From positions 1 to 50,352 of the IMG/VR virus record IMGVR_UViG_3300048902_000029: 50,352 nucleotides of DNA; one strand, given 5' to 3'. Positions within the stretch are counted from its first letter, which is position 1, and each line of letters begins with the position of its first letter. The notes under the pieces were generated by a model. It saw nothing but the letters and a program-made list of their open reading frames with translations. It did no database searches and was not told where the DNA came from. This document shows positions 8,475 through 18,284 of the stretch, piece by piece. A program made the position numbers and the translations under genes. This stretch comes from a virus. Taxonomy: Duplodnaviria > Caudoviricetes.

Positions 8475-9092
8475 ATGGCAATCAGGAAGAGCCGCTCGAC
8501 GAAAGCGACTCCGGAAACCAGCGAGCAGGAGAACATCACCGTGAGCAACGACACCCCGAACTTCGACGAGCCCACCACGACGAACGACATCGTCGTCGAG
8601 GACCCGAATTTCGACGTGGACGCCCCCGAGGCTGAGGACGTCGTCGCCGAGCCTGTCGCGGAGGGCACCGCCGACACGCCGAAGGCCAAGGAGAAGAAGG
8701 AGTCGACGCGTCCGCCGGTTCCCGAGGGCAAGGTCAGCCCGGTCGCCTTCGCCAAGATCCTGACCGAGCACCTCCGCAAGGAGCACGAGAGCCTGGGCAA
8801 GCGCCTCGCTGACGACAAGAGCGTCGCTCCTCAGGTCGTGTACAGCTACATCAAGAACAACGCCGAGGGCTCCAAGAACCCCTTCCCGGCCACCAAGGCC
8901 GAAGGCCGCGCTGCGGTCGTCGACGCCGAGGCTGGTCTCGCCTGGTGGGATGCCAAGGACGTGCGCGTCGCCGAGGGCAAGAAGGCCAAGGCGGAGAAGG
9001 ACGCCGCGAAGGCTGCCAAGGCTGCGAACAAGCCTGCCGAGGGTGTCACCGAGGCCGAGGCTCCCACGGTCGCACTCGAAGAGGCCGAGTAA
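8475..9092 (+). CDS. Probably abundant DNA-binding/nucleoid-like protein (acidic N-term, HTH-like core, AK-rich tail)
   Basis: Strongly biased codons; SPVAFAK...VAPQVVYSYIKN; KKAKAEKDAAKAAKAA. Confidence 0.6.
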   Translation: MAIRKSRSTKATPETSEQENITVSNDTPNFDEPTTTNDIVVEDPNFDVDAPEAEDVVAEPVAEGTADTPKAKEKKESTRPPVPEGKVSPVAFAKILTEHLRKEHESLGKRLADDKSVAPQVVYSYIKNNAEGSKNPFPATKAEGRAAVVDAEAGLAWWDAKDVRVAEGKKAKAEKDAAKAAKAANKPAEGVTEAEAPTVALEEAE

Positions 9093-9150
9093 CACTTCCA
9101 GGCGGCTGCGGGAGGCTACCTCGCTGTAAGTCCGAATTCCTGGTAAGAAG

Positions 9151-9192
9151 GTAAGGCCGTCAATTGCCCCCGTGATTGGCGGCCTTACTTTT
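9151..9192 (+). terminator. Intrinsic terminator
   Basis: GTAAGGCCGTCAAT...ATTGGCGGCCTTAC followed by TTTT. Confidence 0.75.
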
Positions 9193-9222
9193 ACCGTACC
9201 AAAGGTTTACCAATGTTCCATC

Positions 9223-9251
9223 GTGACATTCATCGTGAAACAAGGTATAAT
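9223..9251 (+). promoter_or_regulatory. sigma70-type promoter
   Basis: GTGACA-17 bp-TATAAT just after the terminator. Confidence 0.6.
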
Positions 9252-9443
9252 AGATGGAGAAGTACGACAAGCCTAGGTGTGTGCGTATCATCACCGAGTG
9301 GGAAGAGTACACTAACGATGTCGTAGTAGAGCAGGCTGGTGACAAGGACTACGCCACCATGGCCGAGCTACTTGAAGCCACTGCTGAGACGCATGCAGAC
9401 CTACAAGCCATGAAGAGCTTGCGAGAAGAACTGGAGCGAGACT

Positions 9444-9908
9444 GTGAGTGACGCTGAAGCGCCTACTCCTGCCCTCTTCGACCACGCCAGACGTGTGTAC
9501 GAGGAGATGCTAGCCCGATCGACTACTCAGTTCCTGGAGGCTGAGGGCGGGCAGACCGTTAGTCAAGACGATGCCAAGAATGTGTACGAGGGTCACCTGA
9601 CTCGGCTGTTCAGCGATCTCGGTATCGCCAACCCGTACTACTCGAAGATCCGCGATGCACTCGTTGCGCAGGGGTGTATCGATCAGCTTCGTCGTGGTGG
9701 TGGTTCGGCACTGTCGAAGTGGATCGTCGTCAAGCCGCCGGAGGAAGAGACGTTCCGCTCCTTCATGGAGATGAAGCGTCGTCCGCAGGGCAAGACCAAC
9801 ATCCTCGAGCAGCAGGTGTCGGGTCTTCGTGGCATGGTTAACGATGCCATGAACGCTCTCGAGATGATGGAAACGCGCATCCAGGTCCTGGAAGGGAAGA
9901 TGAGATGA
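9444..9908 (+). CDS. Putative winged-helix plus coiled-coil protein
   Basis: YYSKIRDALVAQGCIDQLRRGG wHTH-like segment; heptad C-terminus. Confidence 0.5.
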   Translation: MSDAEAPTPALFDHARRVYEEMLARSTTQFLEAEGGQTVSQDDAKNVYEGHLTRLFSDLGIANPYYSKIRDALVAQGCIDQLRRGGGSALSKWIVVKPPEEETFRSFMEMKRRPQGKTNILEQQVSGLRGMVNDAMNALEMMETRIQVLEGKMR

Positions 9909-10021
9909 TGGAAGACGATCCCGAGCGCAAGGATAGGTTCCAGCATGAGCTCTTCTCTACGGTGAAGGTTCTCATCGGTTGGGCTGCTATCTGTGTCGTA
10001 GCATGGGTGGTGTTCCACTAA
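9905..10021 (+). CDS. Single-TM microprotein (38 aa)
   Basis: Coupled on both sides; ...VKVLIGWAAICVVAWVVFH. Confidence 0.55.
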   Translation: MMEDDPERKDRFQHELFSTVKVLIGWAAICVVAWVVFH

Positions 10022-10341
10022 TGCCTACGCCATGGGATGAAGCAGTTCGCTGTCCAGAGGATGGCTCTTCTGGAATCATCGTCGAGCGTAAGGGCTTCCA
10101 AGGCGGACAGCTGGTTATTCTGAGTTGCCCTAACACCCGCTGTATGATGTACGAGACCGGGTGGTTCGTTCAGATCCGTCCTGACGGGACAATCCCCGAC
10201 AGAGTCTCCATCGAGGATCGCCGCAAGGATGCTGGGCCGAAGCCGAAGGTCAACCAGGCTGCAGCACAGCGTGCGCGTGACATGATCGCACAGCAGGTGG
10301 CTGACGAGCAGAAGCCAGGCTCAGAGATCAGAGCTTTCTAA
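10021..10341 (+). CDS. Zn-ribbon hypothetical protein
   Basis: TAATG coupling; CPED...CPNTRC. Confidence 0.6.
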   Translation: MPTPWDEAVRCPEDGSSGIIVERKGFQGGQLVILSCPNTRCMMYETGWFVQIRPDGTIPDRVSIEDRRKDAGPKPKVNQAAAQRARDMIAQQVADEQKPGSEIRAF

Positions 10342-10450
10342 CCTCGTAGTCTAACAGCCTACAGAACTCGGAATAACCAGCTAAGTCATACGGTCTAATC
10401 CTACAACTAACAAGTCTAACACCACGTATAAACTATATCGGAAGAGAGGT

Positions 10451-10765
10451 GTGATGGAGAACATTGACGACTTCATCCGCCAGGCCGAAGAGGACGAAAG
10501 GGCTGATGCTACAAAGCTTCCAGTGATCCAGTACGCCAAGATGCGTGGCATGTATCCGCAGAAGGTGTACGCAGTGATCAGGAAGGGTAAGATCCTAGAA
10601 CGTTGGTGCGAGTGCGGCCGTAAGGTCGTCATCATCGACGAGGCAGACAAGTACTTCGGATTAGGAGTTCATCGTGCCGACCAACCGCATGGAGAAGAGG
10701 CTGACGCGAGCACGGATGCTGGAGACGGGGGAGAGCTACACGACAGCGCTCCGGAAGGTGCGTGA
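10451..10765 (+). CDS. HTH (excisionase-like) DNA-binding protein
   Basis: VIQYAKMRGMYPQKVYAVIRKGKI, then CECG. Confidence 0.6.
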   Translation: MMENIDDFIRQAEEDERADATKLPVIQYAKMRGMYPQKVYAVIRKGKILERWCECGRKVVIIDEADKYFGLGVHRADQPHGEEADASTDAGDGGELHDSAPEGA

Positions 10766-11106
10766 AGCCTTTGCAGCCCGACAAGCCAGTGTTTCGGAAA
10801 AGGAAGAAGAAGTTCCAGGGAGCGACATGGACTCCGGAGACGAAGTCAGCTGACAAACCTGACGGCGTATGGTGTGGCTATCATAAGCTACGGCACGGCT
10901 ACATGTCAAAGGAGCTTGGCTTCAGTACGGAGAGGTACAACAGCAAGAGCTACATACACTGGTACTGTAAGAAGACCGGCGATGTTCTAGATACGGTTCA
11001 GATAGGAGGAACAGATGGACCACGCATTCACGGATCAGATGGTGAGAGCGGATCGTCAGTCGCTGACGGAAGTGGCGACAGAGTACGTGATGAACTACAA
11101 GAGTAA
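10762..11106 (+). CDS. Hypothetical protein
   Basis: GTGA coupling; Cys/His motifs. Confidence 0.5.
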   Translation: MKPLQPDKPVFRKRKKKFQGATWTPETKSADKPDGVWCGYHKLRHGYMSKELGFSTERYNSKSYIHWYCKKTGDVLDTVQIGGTDGPRIHGSDGESGSSVADGSGDRVRDELQE

Positions 11107-11656
11107 CTTCCAACCGGTCTTGGACGTACGCAACATGATCTCGTCAGGCGTGACGCTCTCCGTAGCACATGTCCGCACCATCCTAAACGTGATGCGTGCC
11201 GACACTTCGGTGCAGCTACAGTACACGCCTCCCGAAGGTAAGATCATCCAGTTCCCGAAGCGTAACCCGTTCGCTCACGATGACGAGCCTTACATGCAGC
11301 TCGCTGAAGCGGTTGAGCGTACACGTCACAGACTGCAAGACTTCGAGGTGCGTGGAAGCATCAAGCCCTGCTACACTTTCGGTATGTCTCCGCATAAGAC
11401 GTCGTTGAACATTCACTACGTCAGCCGTAAGCGGTCGCAGTTCTGCTACAAGCAGGCAGGTACACGCTCCTACAGTCGTGGTCGCGGATGGCAGACCATC
11501 TGGGAGAACCGCATCGAGGTCAAGCTGATGTGGGACTGCGGACAAGAGGTCAAGGGTGTGCGCCTCCTCACGACGAACGAAGCGTCTAGGTTGATCCAGG
11601 AAGGCGTCATGAAGCTGTGTCCGAATTGTATTCTGGTTAGGACACGCAATGCCTGA
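11015..11656 (+). CDS. Hypothetical protein with C-terminal Zn-binding motif
   Basis: AGGAGG RBS; H...C...CPNC. Confidence 0.7.
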   Translation: MDHAFTDQMVRADRQSLTEVATEYVMNYKSNFQPVLDVRNMISSGVTLSVAHVRTILNVMRADTSVQLQYTPPEGKIIQFPKRNPFAHDDEPYMQLAEAVERTRHRLQDFEVRGSIKPCYTFGMSPHKTSLNIHYVSRKRSQFCYKQAGTRSYSRGRGWQTIWENRIEVKLMWDCGQEVKGVRLLTTNEASRLIQEGVMKLCPNCILVRTRNA

Positions 11657-11759
11657 CTGGCTAGCGGTATCGCTACTGTTGCTTGCCGCATCAGCCTGTA
11701 CCACCTTCTGGACGTACGTCATCCTCTATAACAAGTGGCCTTGGGAGAAGTTCAAATGA
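11649..11759 (+). CDS. Single-TM microprotein (36 aa)
   Basis: Fills the gap with overlaps at both ends; MPDWLAVSLLLLAASACTTFWTYVILYNKWPWEKFK. Confidence 0.5.
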   Translation: MPDWLAVSLLLLAASACTTFWTYVILYNKWPWEKFK

Positions 11760-13264
11760 AGCTGTACGACTTCCAGCAGGTAGCTGTTGACCAGCTCATG
11801 CAGCACGAAGAGGATACAGACGACCGTTCAGCACTCATCGGTGACGACATGGGCTTGGGCAAGACTGTCGAAGCCATCGCGCTGGACCTCCTGAAGAGGG
11901 ACAAGTTCGACTGCAAGTACACTGCACAGACTCTTATCGTCACCCAGACCTCCGTCATGGGCTCGTGGGAGGATCACTACAAAGCATGGGCACCAGACCT
12001 GAACGTAATGATCATCGACAGGAAGAACAGGCAGAAGTTCGTCGACGCCTTGACGAGCAAAGTGCCAACCGATGGACCAGCAGGATCGCTACCGGAGTAT
12101 CAGGTCTTCGTGTGCCACTGGCAAGTCCTGAGGTTCATCGCCGACGACATCAAGGCAGTGGATTGGTTCCACGTTATCGGGGACGAGATCCAGAACATCA
12201 AGAACAGGAAGGCTCAGCAGACACAGGTCTACAAGAAGCTGGCAACCTACTACAAGACAGGGCTGAGTGGAACTTGGGCAGACAATAAGCCTGATGACGC
12301 CTGGTCAGTCTTGAACTGGCTCTGGCCGAAGACCTGGACAAGCTACTGGTCCTTCTTCAACCGTCACGTGGTTCAGAAGCGTCACGAGGTAGGAACATGC
12401 CTCGCTGATGGTTGTGGTAAGTATCACCAGCGAGCGTTCACCGAGACCATTGGCTTGGCCGAGGCGGACGAGATCCACGAACGGATGGGCAAGGCTTACG
12501 TTCGACGTACCAAAGAGGAAGTGGCTAAAGATCTTCCGGACAAGACTTGGGATGATCGAATGGTCAACCTCGACCCGAAGCAGCGTGGTGCATACAATGC
12601 TATGCGAGACGACATGCTTGCCTGGGTCGGTACGCACGAGGATCAACCCATCGCAGCACCAGCCGTCATCAGTCAGCTGATCCGACTGCAGCAGTTTGCA
12701 GTTGCGTACGGTAAGATGGAAGCCAAGAAGGTCTACCTTGGCCTCGATGATGATGATGGCGTTAAGCAGTACGGCGAACGTGCGGTACTCATACTTGACG
12801 AGCCGAGCTCCAAGCTCGACGCCGCCATGGATATCATCGAGGCATCCAATGGTCAGCTCGTGGTCTTCGGACAGTCTAAACAGGCCATCAACCTACTGGC
12901 CGCGAGGCTTAAGAAGGCTGGGATCCCAACAGGCGTTCTCACTGGGGACGTCAAACAGGCAGATCGTGATCTGGCTGTTCGGGAGTTCCAGTCTGGAAGC
13001 CTCAAGGTCTTTCTCAGTACCATTAAGGCAGGCGGGGTCGGTATCACCCTCACTGCTGCTTCGACGTGCATTTTCCTGGATGTTGCCTGGAGCCCCTCGG
13101 CGAACCGTCAGGCTGAGGATCGGCTACACCGTCTGGGACAGAAGAACCCCGTCCTCATCATCCGACTGGTTGCAACAGATACAATTGACCGGAAGCGGAA
13201 CGACAGGATCGAACTCAAGTGGTCCTGGCTCAAAGAGATCCTGAACCCGAAGAAGGAGATGTAG
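11756..13264 (+). CDS. SNF2-family (SF2) DNA helicase
   Basis: GDDMGLGKT Walker A, DEIQ (DExH variant), SGT, GVGITL, QAEDRLHRLGQ motif VI. Confidence 0.92.
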   Translation: MKLYDFQQVAVDQLMQHEEDTDDRSALIGDDMGLGKTVEAIALDLLKRDKFDCKYTAQTLIVTQTSVMGSWEDHYKAWAPDLNVMIIDRKNRQKFVDALTSKVPTDGPAGSLPEYQVFVCHWQVLRFIADDIKAVDWFHVIGDEIQNIKNRKAQQTQVYKKLATYYKTGLSGTWADNKPDDAWSVLNWLWPKTWTSYWSFFNRHVVQKRHEVGTCLADGCGKYHQRAFTETIGLAEADEIHERMGKAYVRRTKEEVAKDLPDKTWDDRMVNLDPKQRGAYNAMRDDMLAWVGTHEDQPIAAPAVISQLIRLQQFAVAYGKMEAKKVYLGLDDDDGVKQYGERAVLILDEPSSKLDAAMDIIEASNGQLVVFGQSKQAINLLAARLKKAGIPTGVLTGDVKQADRDLAVREFQSGSLKVFLSTIKAGGVGITLTAASTCIFLDVAWSPSANRQAEDRLHRLGQKNPVLIIRLVATDTIDRKRNDRIELKWSWLKEILNPKKEM

Positions 13265-13566
13265 TGGCCTACCACGGCGTGCATGTACTGGACCCGAACA
13301 GTCAGATGGGCTTGCTTGCCAAGCCTAATCGCAAGGGAGGTAAGAGCGGTAACAAGAAGCTGCCGCGTCACAGCCGTCCAGGCACCCTGACAGTCGTCGA
13401 GACCAAGGCACAGAAGTGTCTACATGCTCTGTCCAAGTACGACGACGTGACCACACCGTCGGGCAAGACCGTCATGATCAGGTACGCCATGCCCTGTATC
13501 GTGGGGCACAAGAAGTCGACGAAGAGTCCTACCCACAAGGACCTGGCCGGCAGGAAGTGGCAGTAA
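13264..13566 (+). CDS. Basic hypothetical protein
   Basis: AAGGAG RBS, GTG start. Confidence 0.6.
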   Translation: MAYHGVHVLDPNSQMGLLAKPNRKGGKSGNKKLPRHSRPGTLTVVETKAQKCLHALSKYDDVTTPSGKTVMIRYAMPCIVGHKKSTKSPTHKDLAGRKWQ

Positions 13567-13569
13567 GCT

Positions 13570-13869
13570 GTGAACGAATTCGGCAGCATCACTCGCGCGT
13601 TCAAGGAGAAGGAAATGGAAGAAGAGACTCCCATCAAGGTCAAGGTCACCGTCGAGGTTACGCTTGACGTCTTCAGGAGCAGCTACAAGTACAACTCTGA
13701 GACGGACAGCAACCGCACCGACGAAGAGCTCGCCGCCCTGACCAACACCCAGATCATGGAGCTGGAGAGGCAGAGCCTCATCGACGGAGACCTCGGTCTG
13801 GATGACCTACTCTTGTCGGGCGACGTCGACATCGAAGATGGTGTCAAGTGGGAGCTCATCAATGACTGA
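13570..13869 (+). CDS. Acidic hypothetical protein
   Basis: ORF track. Confidence 0.6.
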   Translation: MNEFGSITRAFKEKEMEEETPIKVKVTVEVTLDVFRSSYKYNSETDSNRTDEELAALTNTQIMELERQSLIDGDLGLDDLLLSGDVDIEDGVKWELIND

Positions 13870-14122
13870 GCACCTCAACGGCAAGTTCTATGCTGCGCAG
13901 CACAAGTACGTCTTCACGTCACCTGAGCCCGGTATCGATGGTGAGGTCGTAGCGGAGCAGAGTCGCAAGGCCACTCGCCTCGACAAGGAGCTCACCATCG
14001 TCGTCCACTACCACCGCTTCAAGGACCACTGCGACCCTGAGAAGCAGCGACACGACGCCTACGGGACTAGCGTCCACGCCTCCCTGAGGAAGGCCGAAGC
14101 GGTCTCTACCACCCAAGGTTAA
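13862..14122 (+). CDS. Hypothetical protein
   Basis: GGGAG RBS, overlap coupling. Confidence 0.6.
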   Translation: MTEHLNGKFYAAQHKYVFTSPEPGIDGEVVAEQSRKATRLDKELTIVVHYHRFKDHCDPEKQRHDAYGTSVHASLRKAEAVSTTQG

Positions 14123-14280
14123 CAAGCCATCCGCCTGGCTTCACTACCCCACACGGCTTCGCTATCCCGTTAATTGTCTTTAACAGGATTAACGTCTTCT
14201 CGAGATCACGAGAGTGAACGAGAATGCATGACACGCAAGGCCGTGTGGAGTTGTGTGGGCATACGAATGGAGGTTTAACA

Positions 14281-14613
14281 ATGTTTGGAGCACTGACGTC
14301 CGAAGCTCGTAAGTTCCTCAACAAGGCTGTCGAGAACCGTGAGAGGTTCTACCGAGGCCTCGACGAAGCAGTACAGCGCTACCGTGCTGGTGGTAACAAC
14401 GTCTACGCCCTCGCAGGTACTGAGACATCAGCCAAGCTGAAGGCTGCACAGACAGACATCATGAAGACTGCCATCGCCGACAACAAGTGGCACATGCAGC
14501 AGTCGATGATGTACTCTGCACTCGCCACTGCTGAGGCTACCAATCGTCTGGTGGAAGAGCAGCGACGCACCAACGCATTGCTCGAACGACTCCTGGAGAA
14601 CAACCATGGCTAG
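14281..14613 (+). CDS. Hypothetical coiled-coil protein
   Basis: GGAGG RBS before ATG 14281. Confidence 0.7.
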   Translation: MFGALTSEARKFLNKAVENRERFYRGLDEAVQRYRAGGNNVYALAGTETSAKLKAAQTDIMKTAIADNKWHMQQSMMYSALATAEATNRLVEEQRRTNALLERLLENNHG

Positions 14614-14998
14614 GTTCGTTATGATTAGCATTCCGGACAACAAGGATGCTGACCAGCTAGTGGCTGCCATTGAGCGAGGCGACTTCCTCTTTGGCTACGA
14701 CAAGGACAACGGCGACGGTACTGGCGAGTACGGATACAAAGCTCCGACCGATGCCAAGGTCGAAGCTGTCTGGGCTAAGCCAACCAAGTTTTGTGAGTGC
14801 ACTGACTGGGCAGGTGTGTCAGCGCCGACGACCTCTTACCGTTGGATGGTGCACGCGAAGTGTGCCAAGCCGCGTAAGGGTGTCATGCAGCATCCCAAGG
14901 ACCTCACGCGAGTCGACACTCCTGCCAACGAGATCCCCTTCTACCTAGGCTTCCGTGCCGACTGTAAGGGTTGGCGAATCCCTCGGGAGAAGAAGTGA
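14606..14998 (+). CDS. Hypothetical protein (CxC...HxxC)
   Basis: ORF track, coupled. Confidence 0.65.
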   Translation: MARFVMISIPDNKDADQLVAAIERGDFLFGYDKDNGDGTGEYGYKAPTDAKVEAVWAKPTKFCECTDWAGVSAPTTSYRWMVHAKCAKPRKGVMQHPKDLTRVDTPANEIPFYLGFRADCKGWRIPREKK

Positions 14999-15234
14999 CT
15001 GACTTCGAATGGAATCCCTACGGGGATGAGGATGAAGATGAGGTACTCGAAGAGGAGTACACAGGTAGACCTATACCCTACTCCACTACGTTGGTTGGTG
15101 ATGCTCATCACCAAGACTGTCCTGATGGACCGCTGCGCGAGGGTGATTGCATCTGCAAGGTACTGTTCGAGAGCAAGTACCAGAAGGAACAGGAAGAAGA
15201 ACTGGAGGCGATGCACGCTGAGTACTGGACCTAG
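14995..15234 (+). CDS. Acidic hypothetical protein
   Basis: GTGA coupling. Confidence 0.55.
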   Translation: MTDFEWNPYGDEDEDEVLEEEYTGRPIPYSTTLVGDAHHQDCPDGPLREGDCICKVLFESKYQKEQEEELEAMHAEYWT

Positions 15235-15307
15235 AAATTAGATCTTTGCCTGCCGTGATTTTCCACTGTGGTCTCTATATACTTAGAGGAACAAAGAACA
15301 ACACGAG

Positions 15308-16579
15308 GTGCAAATGGAAACAGTAAACGATTACATCACGGCAGGCCTGACCCACTCGATCCACACCAGTGAGAGGAGATCCTTCCGTGGCTGCAGACGT
15401 CGATGGGACTGGATCAGCCGACAGTTTTACTATCCCCGAGTCACTGCTCGTCCTCTGGAGTTTGGTGTGGCCTTCCACGCGGCCATGGAGGAATACTACA
15501 AGTCGTACTTGGGGCTGTTCACGAATCCAGATCCTGCTTCATCGTTGGCTATGGCGATCGCAACGTTCAAACGAGTAACGCAGGAACAGCGAGCCAAGTA
15601 CATCCGTCTGAACGGTGACATCGCCCCGGAGATGGATGACTATGCTGACCGCATCGAGGTCGGTGTTGGGATGCTGAACTACTACTTCAAGAACGTAGCA
15701 GAGAAGGCTGACAAGGGCCTCAAGCCTGTCAAGGTCGAGATCAAGTTCGAGGTTCCCATTGTCAACCCTGACACTGGTGAGCAGGACCTCTGGTGCAAGT
15801 GTGACCACTGTTGGCGTCAGTACCACAAGTGGTGCGATGACAACGGCAAGACGGGTATTGGTCAGCGTGACCCGAAATGGAAGGGCCTACCGGTAACGTA
15901 CGGCGGCCGCATCGACATTCTGTTCGTAGATGAACTGGGAAGGCTCTGGATCGGTGACTGGAAGACGGCGGCACGCCTTAGCGGTACTGAGACATCGGAC
16001 GAGTACCTTTGGAACGATGATCAGATCACTAGCTATGTTTGGGCTCTGCGCCTTATCGGTCTTGACGTGGCTGGTTTTATCTATGCCGAGATCAAGAAGG
16101 CTGTACCTGAGGAGCCTGAGCCGAACAAGGTAGTGCGCCTCGGTCGTCGCTACAGTGTCTCGAAGAACATCAACACCACGTACCAGATGTACAAGGACAC
16201 GGTTGAAGAGAACGACTTCGACGCTTACCACCGTGGTCTGTATGACGAGTTCCTAGAGTACCTGCAGGAGAACGCACCCAGGTTCCACAGTCGTCACCAG
16301 ATCGACCGTAACCAGGCACAGTGCGACAATGCGGGTAGGAACATCTGGATGGAAGCGAAGGAGATGACGAACCCTGATCTCCTGATCTATCCTAATCCAG
16401 GACGCTTCCACTGCAAGGGCTTTGGACCGTCTAGCGGTTGCGCCTTCTGGGAACCTTGCCTCGGTAAGGAACGTGGTGAGGACTACACGTACACTCTGGA
16501 CACAATGTTCGATCACCTCGACCGTCACTACTGGGAAGAGGCTAAGCCTAGCACCGACAAGAGGATGGAGCCATCGTGA
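15308..16579 (+). CDS. Cas4/RecB-like PD-(D/E)XK exonuclease
   Basis: N-terminal C, FGVAFHAAME, GRIDIL, IGDWKT, QITSY, C-terminal C...C...C cluster. Confidence 0.85.
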   Translation: MQMETVNDYITAGLTHSIHTSERRSFRGCRRRWDWISRQFYYPRVTARPLEFGVAFHAAMEEYYKSYLGLFTNPDPASSLAMAIATFKRVTQEQRAKYIRLNGDIAPEMDDYADRIEVGVGMLNYYFKNVAEKADKGLKPVKVEIKFEVPIVNPDTGEQDLWCKCDHCWRQYHKWCDDNGKTGIGQRDPKWKGLPVTYGGRIDILFVDELGRLWIGDWKTAARLSGTETSDEYLWNDDQITSYVWALRLIGLDVAGFIYAEIKKAVPEEPEPNKVVRLGRRYSVSKNINTTYQMYKDTVEENDFDAYHRGLYDEFLEYLQENAPRFHSRHQIDRNQAQCDNAGRNIWMEAKEMTNPDLLIYPNPGRFHCKGFGPSSGCAFWEPCLGKERGEDYTYTLDTMFDHLDRHYWEEAKPSTDKRMEPS

Positions 16580-16679
16580 TCGACTGGCTACGCAATCAGC
16601 GTTGGTTGAAGCGCATCCTAAAGCTACATAGTCCTAGTGGTCACGGGCTAGGCACTTGCTGGTGTCAGAAGGAGAAGCG

Positions 16680-16940
16680 ATGATCGCGATTGACTACACC
16701 AGCGTCTGGACCATAGGTTGGTTCCTCTGGCTCCTGTACTTCGTCGTCCTCGAAGGCGTAGCGCTCTTCAACTCCAAGCCAGGTGACACGCTCAGCGAGC
16801 ACGTCTGGGTCTGGTTCGGTACGCAGAAGGGTGACCTCGACAAGCCTGTCACCAACTGGACGCGTCTTCGTCGAGTCATCCTCGGTGGCTTCATGCTTTG
16901 GCTTTCCATTCACTTTCTCACAGGCGGTATCTGGGCATGA
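16680..16940 (+). CDS. Two-TM membrane protein
   Basis: AAGGAG RBS; EGVAL...GDTLSEHVW motif between two hydrophobic helices. Confidence 0.7.
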   Translation: MIAIDYTSVWTIGWFLWLLYFVVLEGVALFNSKPGDTLSEHVWVWFGTQKGDLDKPVTNWTRLRRVILGGFMLWLSIHFLTGGIWA

Positions 16941-17707
16941 CGAACACTTTGACTCCTACCAACTTCGCCGGTCTCAAGATCGAACGACCTCAGAAGGATC
17001 AGACCAGCAAGCTGAACATGCTCATCTACGGGGAGGCCGGAGTTGGGAAGACTTGGTTGGCAGGCAGTGCGAGCGCTGTTCCGTCTATGCGTAACGTTCT
17101 TTACGTTGACGCTGAAGCAGGTAAGGCAACGCTTCGTGAGTGGCCGGGGGTAGAGATCCTGCCTGCCAGAACTTGGCAGAGCTACATCGACATCTACACG
17201 GCACTCAAAGCTGGCGGGCACAGCTACGGTACTGTTGTGCTGGACTCCTTGTCGGAGATCCTCGAGCAGTGCAAGGACAGAGTCATGTTCGAGATGAAGA
17301 TGGACCCTGAGAACGAGAGCCGGGATGAAGACATCCCGAGCATCCGTGAATGGGGTAAGCTGCAGGTTCGTATGCTGCGGCTGATCCGTCTCTACCGTGA
17401 CCTGCCTATGAACGTGATCTTCATCGCACACGCAGAGCGGGTCCAGCTCAAGACAGGCAAGCACAAGTGGATGCCCATGCTCAACGGTAAGATGCAGATG
17501 AAGGTCCCACAGATTCCCGATGTCGTCCTGTACATGTACAACCAGGAAGTCGATGGTGTACAGCGGAGGCTGCTCCTCACCAGCCAGACGGACACTGCGG
17601 TCGCCAAGGTGCGTGGCGCCACGATGCCGATGATCATCGGGGCTGAGGAAACAGTAACAATGAAAACAATCCTGGACTACTACACCAGCGCAAAGGAAAC
17701 CAAGTAA
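16937..17707 (+). CDS. Sak4-like AAA ATPase / single-strand annealing protein
   Basis: IYGEAGVGKT Walker A, VVLDSLS Walker B, VIFIAH. Confidence 0.85.
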   Translation: MTNTLTPTNFAGLKIERPQKDQTSKLNMLIYGEAGVGKTWLAGSASAVPSMRNVLYVDAEAGKATLREWPGVEILPARTWQSYIDIYTALKAGGHSYGTVVLDSLSEILEQCKDRVMFEMKMDPENESRDEDIPSIREWGKLQVRMLRLIRLYRDLPMNVIFIAHAERVQLKTGKHKWMPMLNGKMQMKVPQIPDVVLYMYNQEVDGVQRRLLLTSQTDTAVAKVRGATMPMIIGAEETVTMKTILDYYTSAKETK

Positions 17708-18216
17708 TGGGTCTCAAGGTTACGATGTCGGCCAAGGAAGCCTCCTCGAAGGTTTTCGAGATCATGCCGACCGGCTGGTACAAGGTCACCATCTCGGGGT
17801 GCGAGCTCAAGGAGTCGACCTCCGAGAAGAACCCGGGCAAGCCGATGTACAACGTCGAGTTCACCATCAACGAGCCGGAGAAGTTCGAAGGCCGTAAGGT
17901 GTTCACGAACATCTGCCTCTGGGAAGGTGCGCTGTACTCGGCGAACCAGCTTCTCAACGCTCTCGGCATCGCCACCTCTGAGGGCGAGATCGAGATCCCG
18001 GAGCCCGAGGACCTGCTCGGCGAGGAGATCATGATCAAGCTCGGCTACAAGCCGGCGCAGAAGGTCATGGTCAAGGGCGTCGAGAAGACGTACGACGAGA
18101 ACAACGAGGTCAAGGGTATGGCCGCTATCTCCGACGACCTTCTGGCGAAGGTCAAGGCGACGGCCAACGCGAAGACCACGTCTCCGAAGACAGGTTCTTC
18201 TCTCCTGCCTTCCTGA
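17707..18216 (+). CDS. DUF669-like single-stranded DNA-binding protein
   Basis: FEIMPTGWYKVTI...GKPMYNVEF...GRKVF; sits right after the Sak4-like gene. Confidence 0.7.
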   Translation: MGLKVTMSAKEASSKVFEIMPTGWYKVTISGCELKESTSEKNPGKPMYNVEFTINEPEKFEGRKVFTNICLWEGALYSANQLLNALGIATSEGEIEIPEPEDLLGEEIMIKLGYKPAQKVMVKGVEKTYDENNEVKGMAAISDDLLAKVKATANAKTTSPKTGSSLLPS

Positions 18217-18228
18217 TCCACCTGTGAG

Positions 18229-18260
18229 GGTCCCTTAGCAACGCACCTTGCTAAGGGACC
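18229..18260 (+). terminator. Stem-loop / terminator
   Basis: Perfect 13 bp inverted repeat GGTCCCTTAGCAA/TTGCTAAGGGACC. Confidence 0.65.
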
Positions 18261-18284
18261 TTCCCTTACCTAACAGGGCAGTGC

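Noticed and set aside
15308-16579. Cas4-like gene as part of a CRISPR system
   Set aside because: No repeat-spacer array or other cas genes seen; solo Cas4/RecB-like nucleases beside Sak4 and SSB are a normal phage recombination module.
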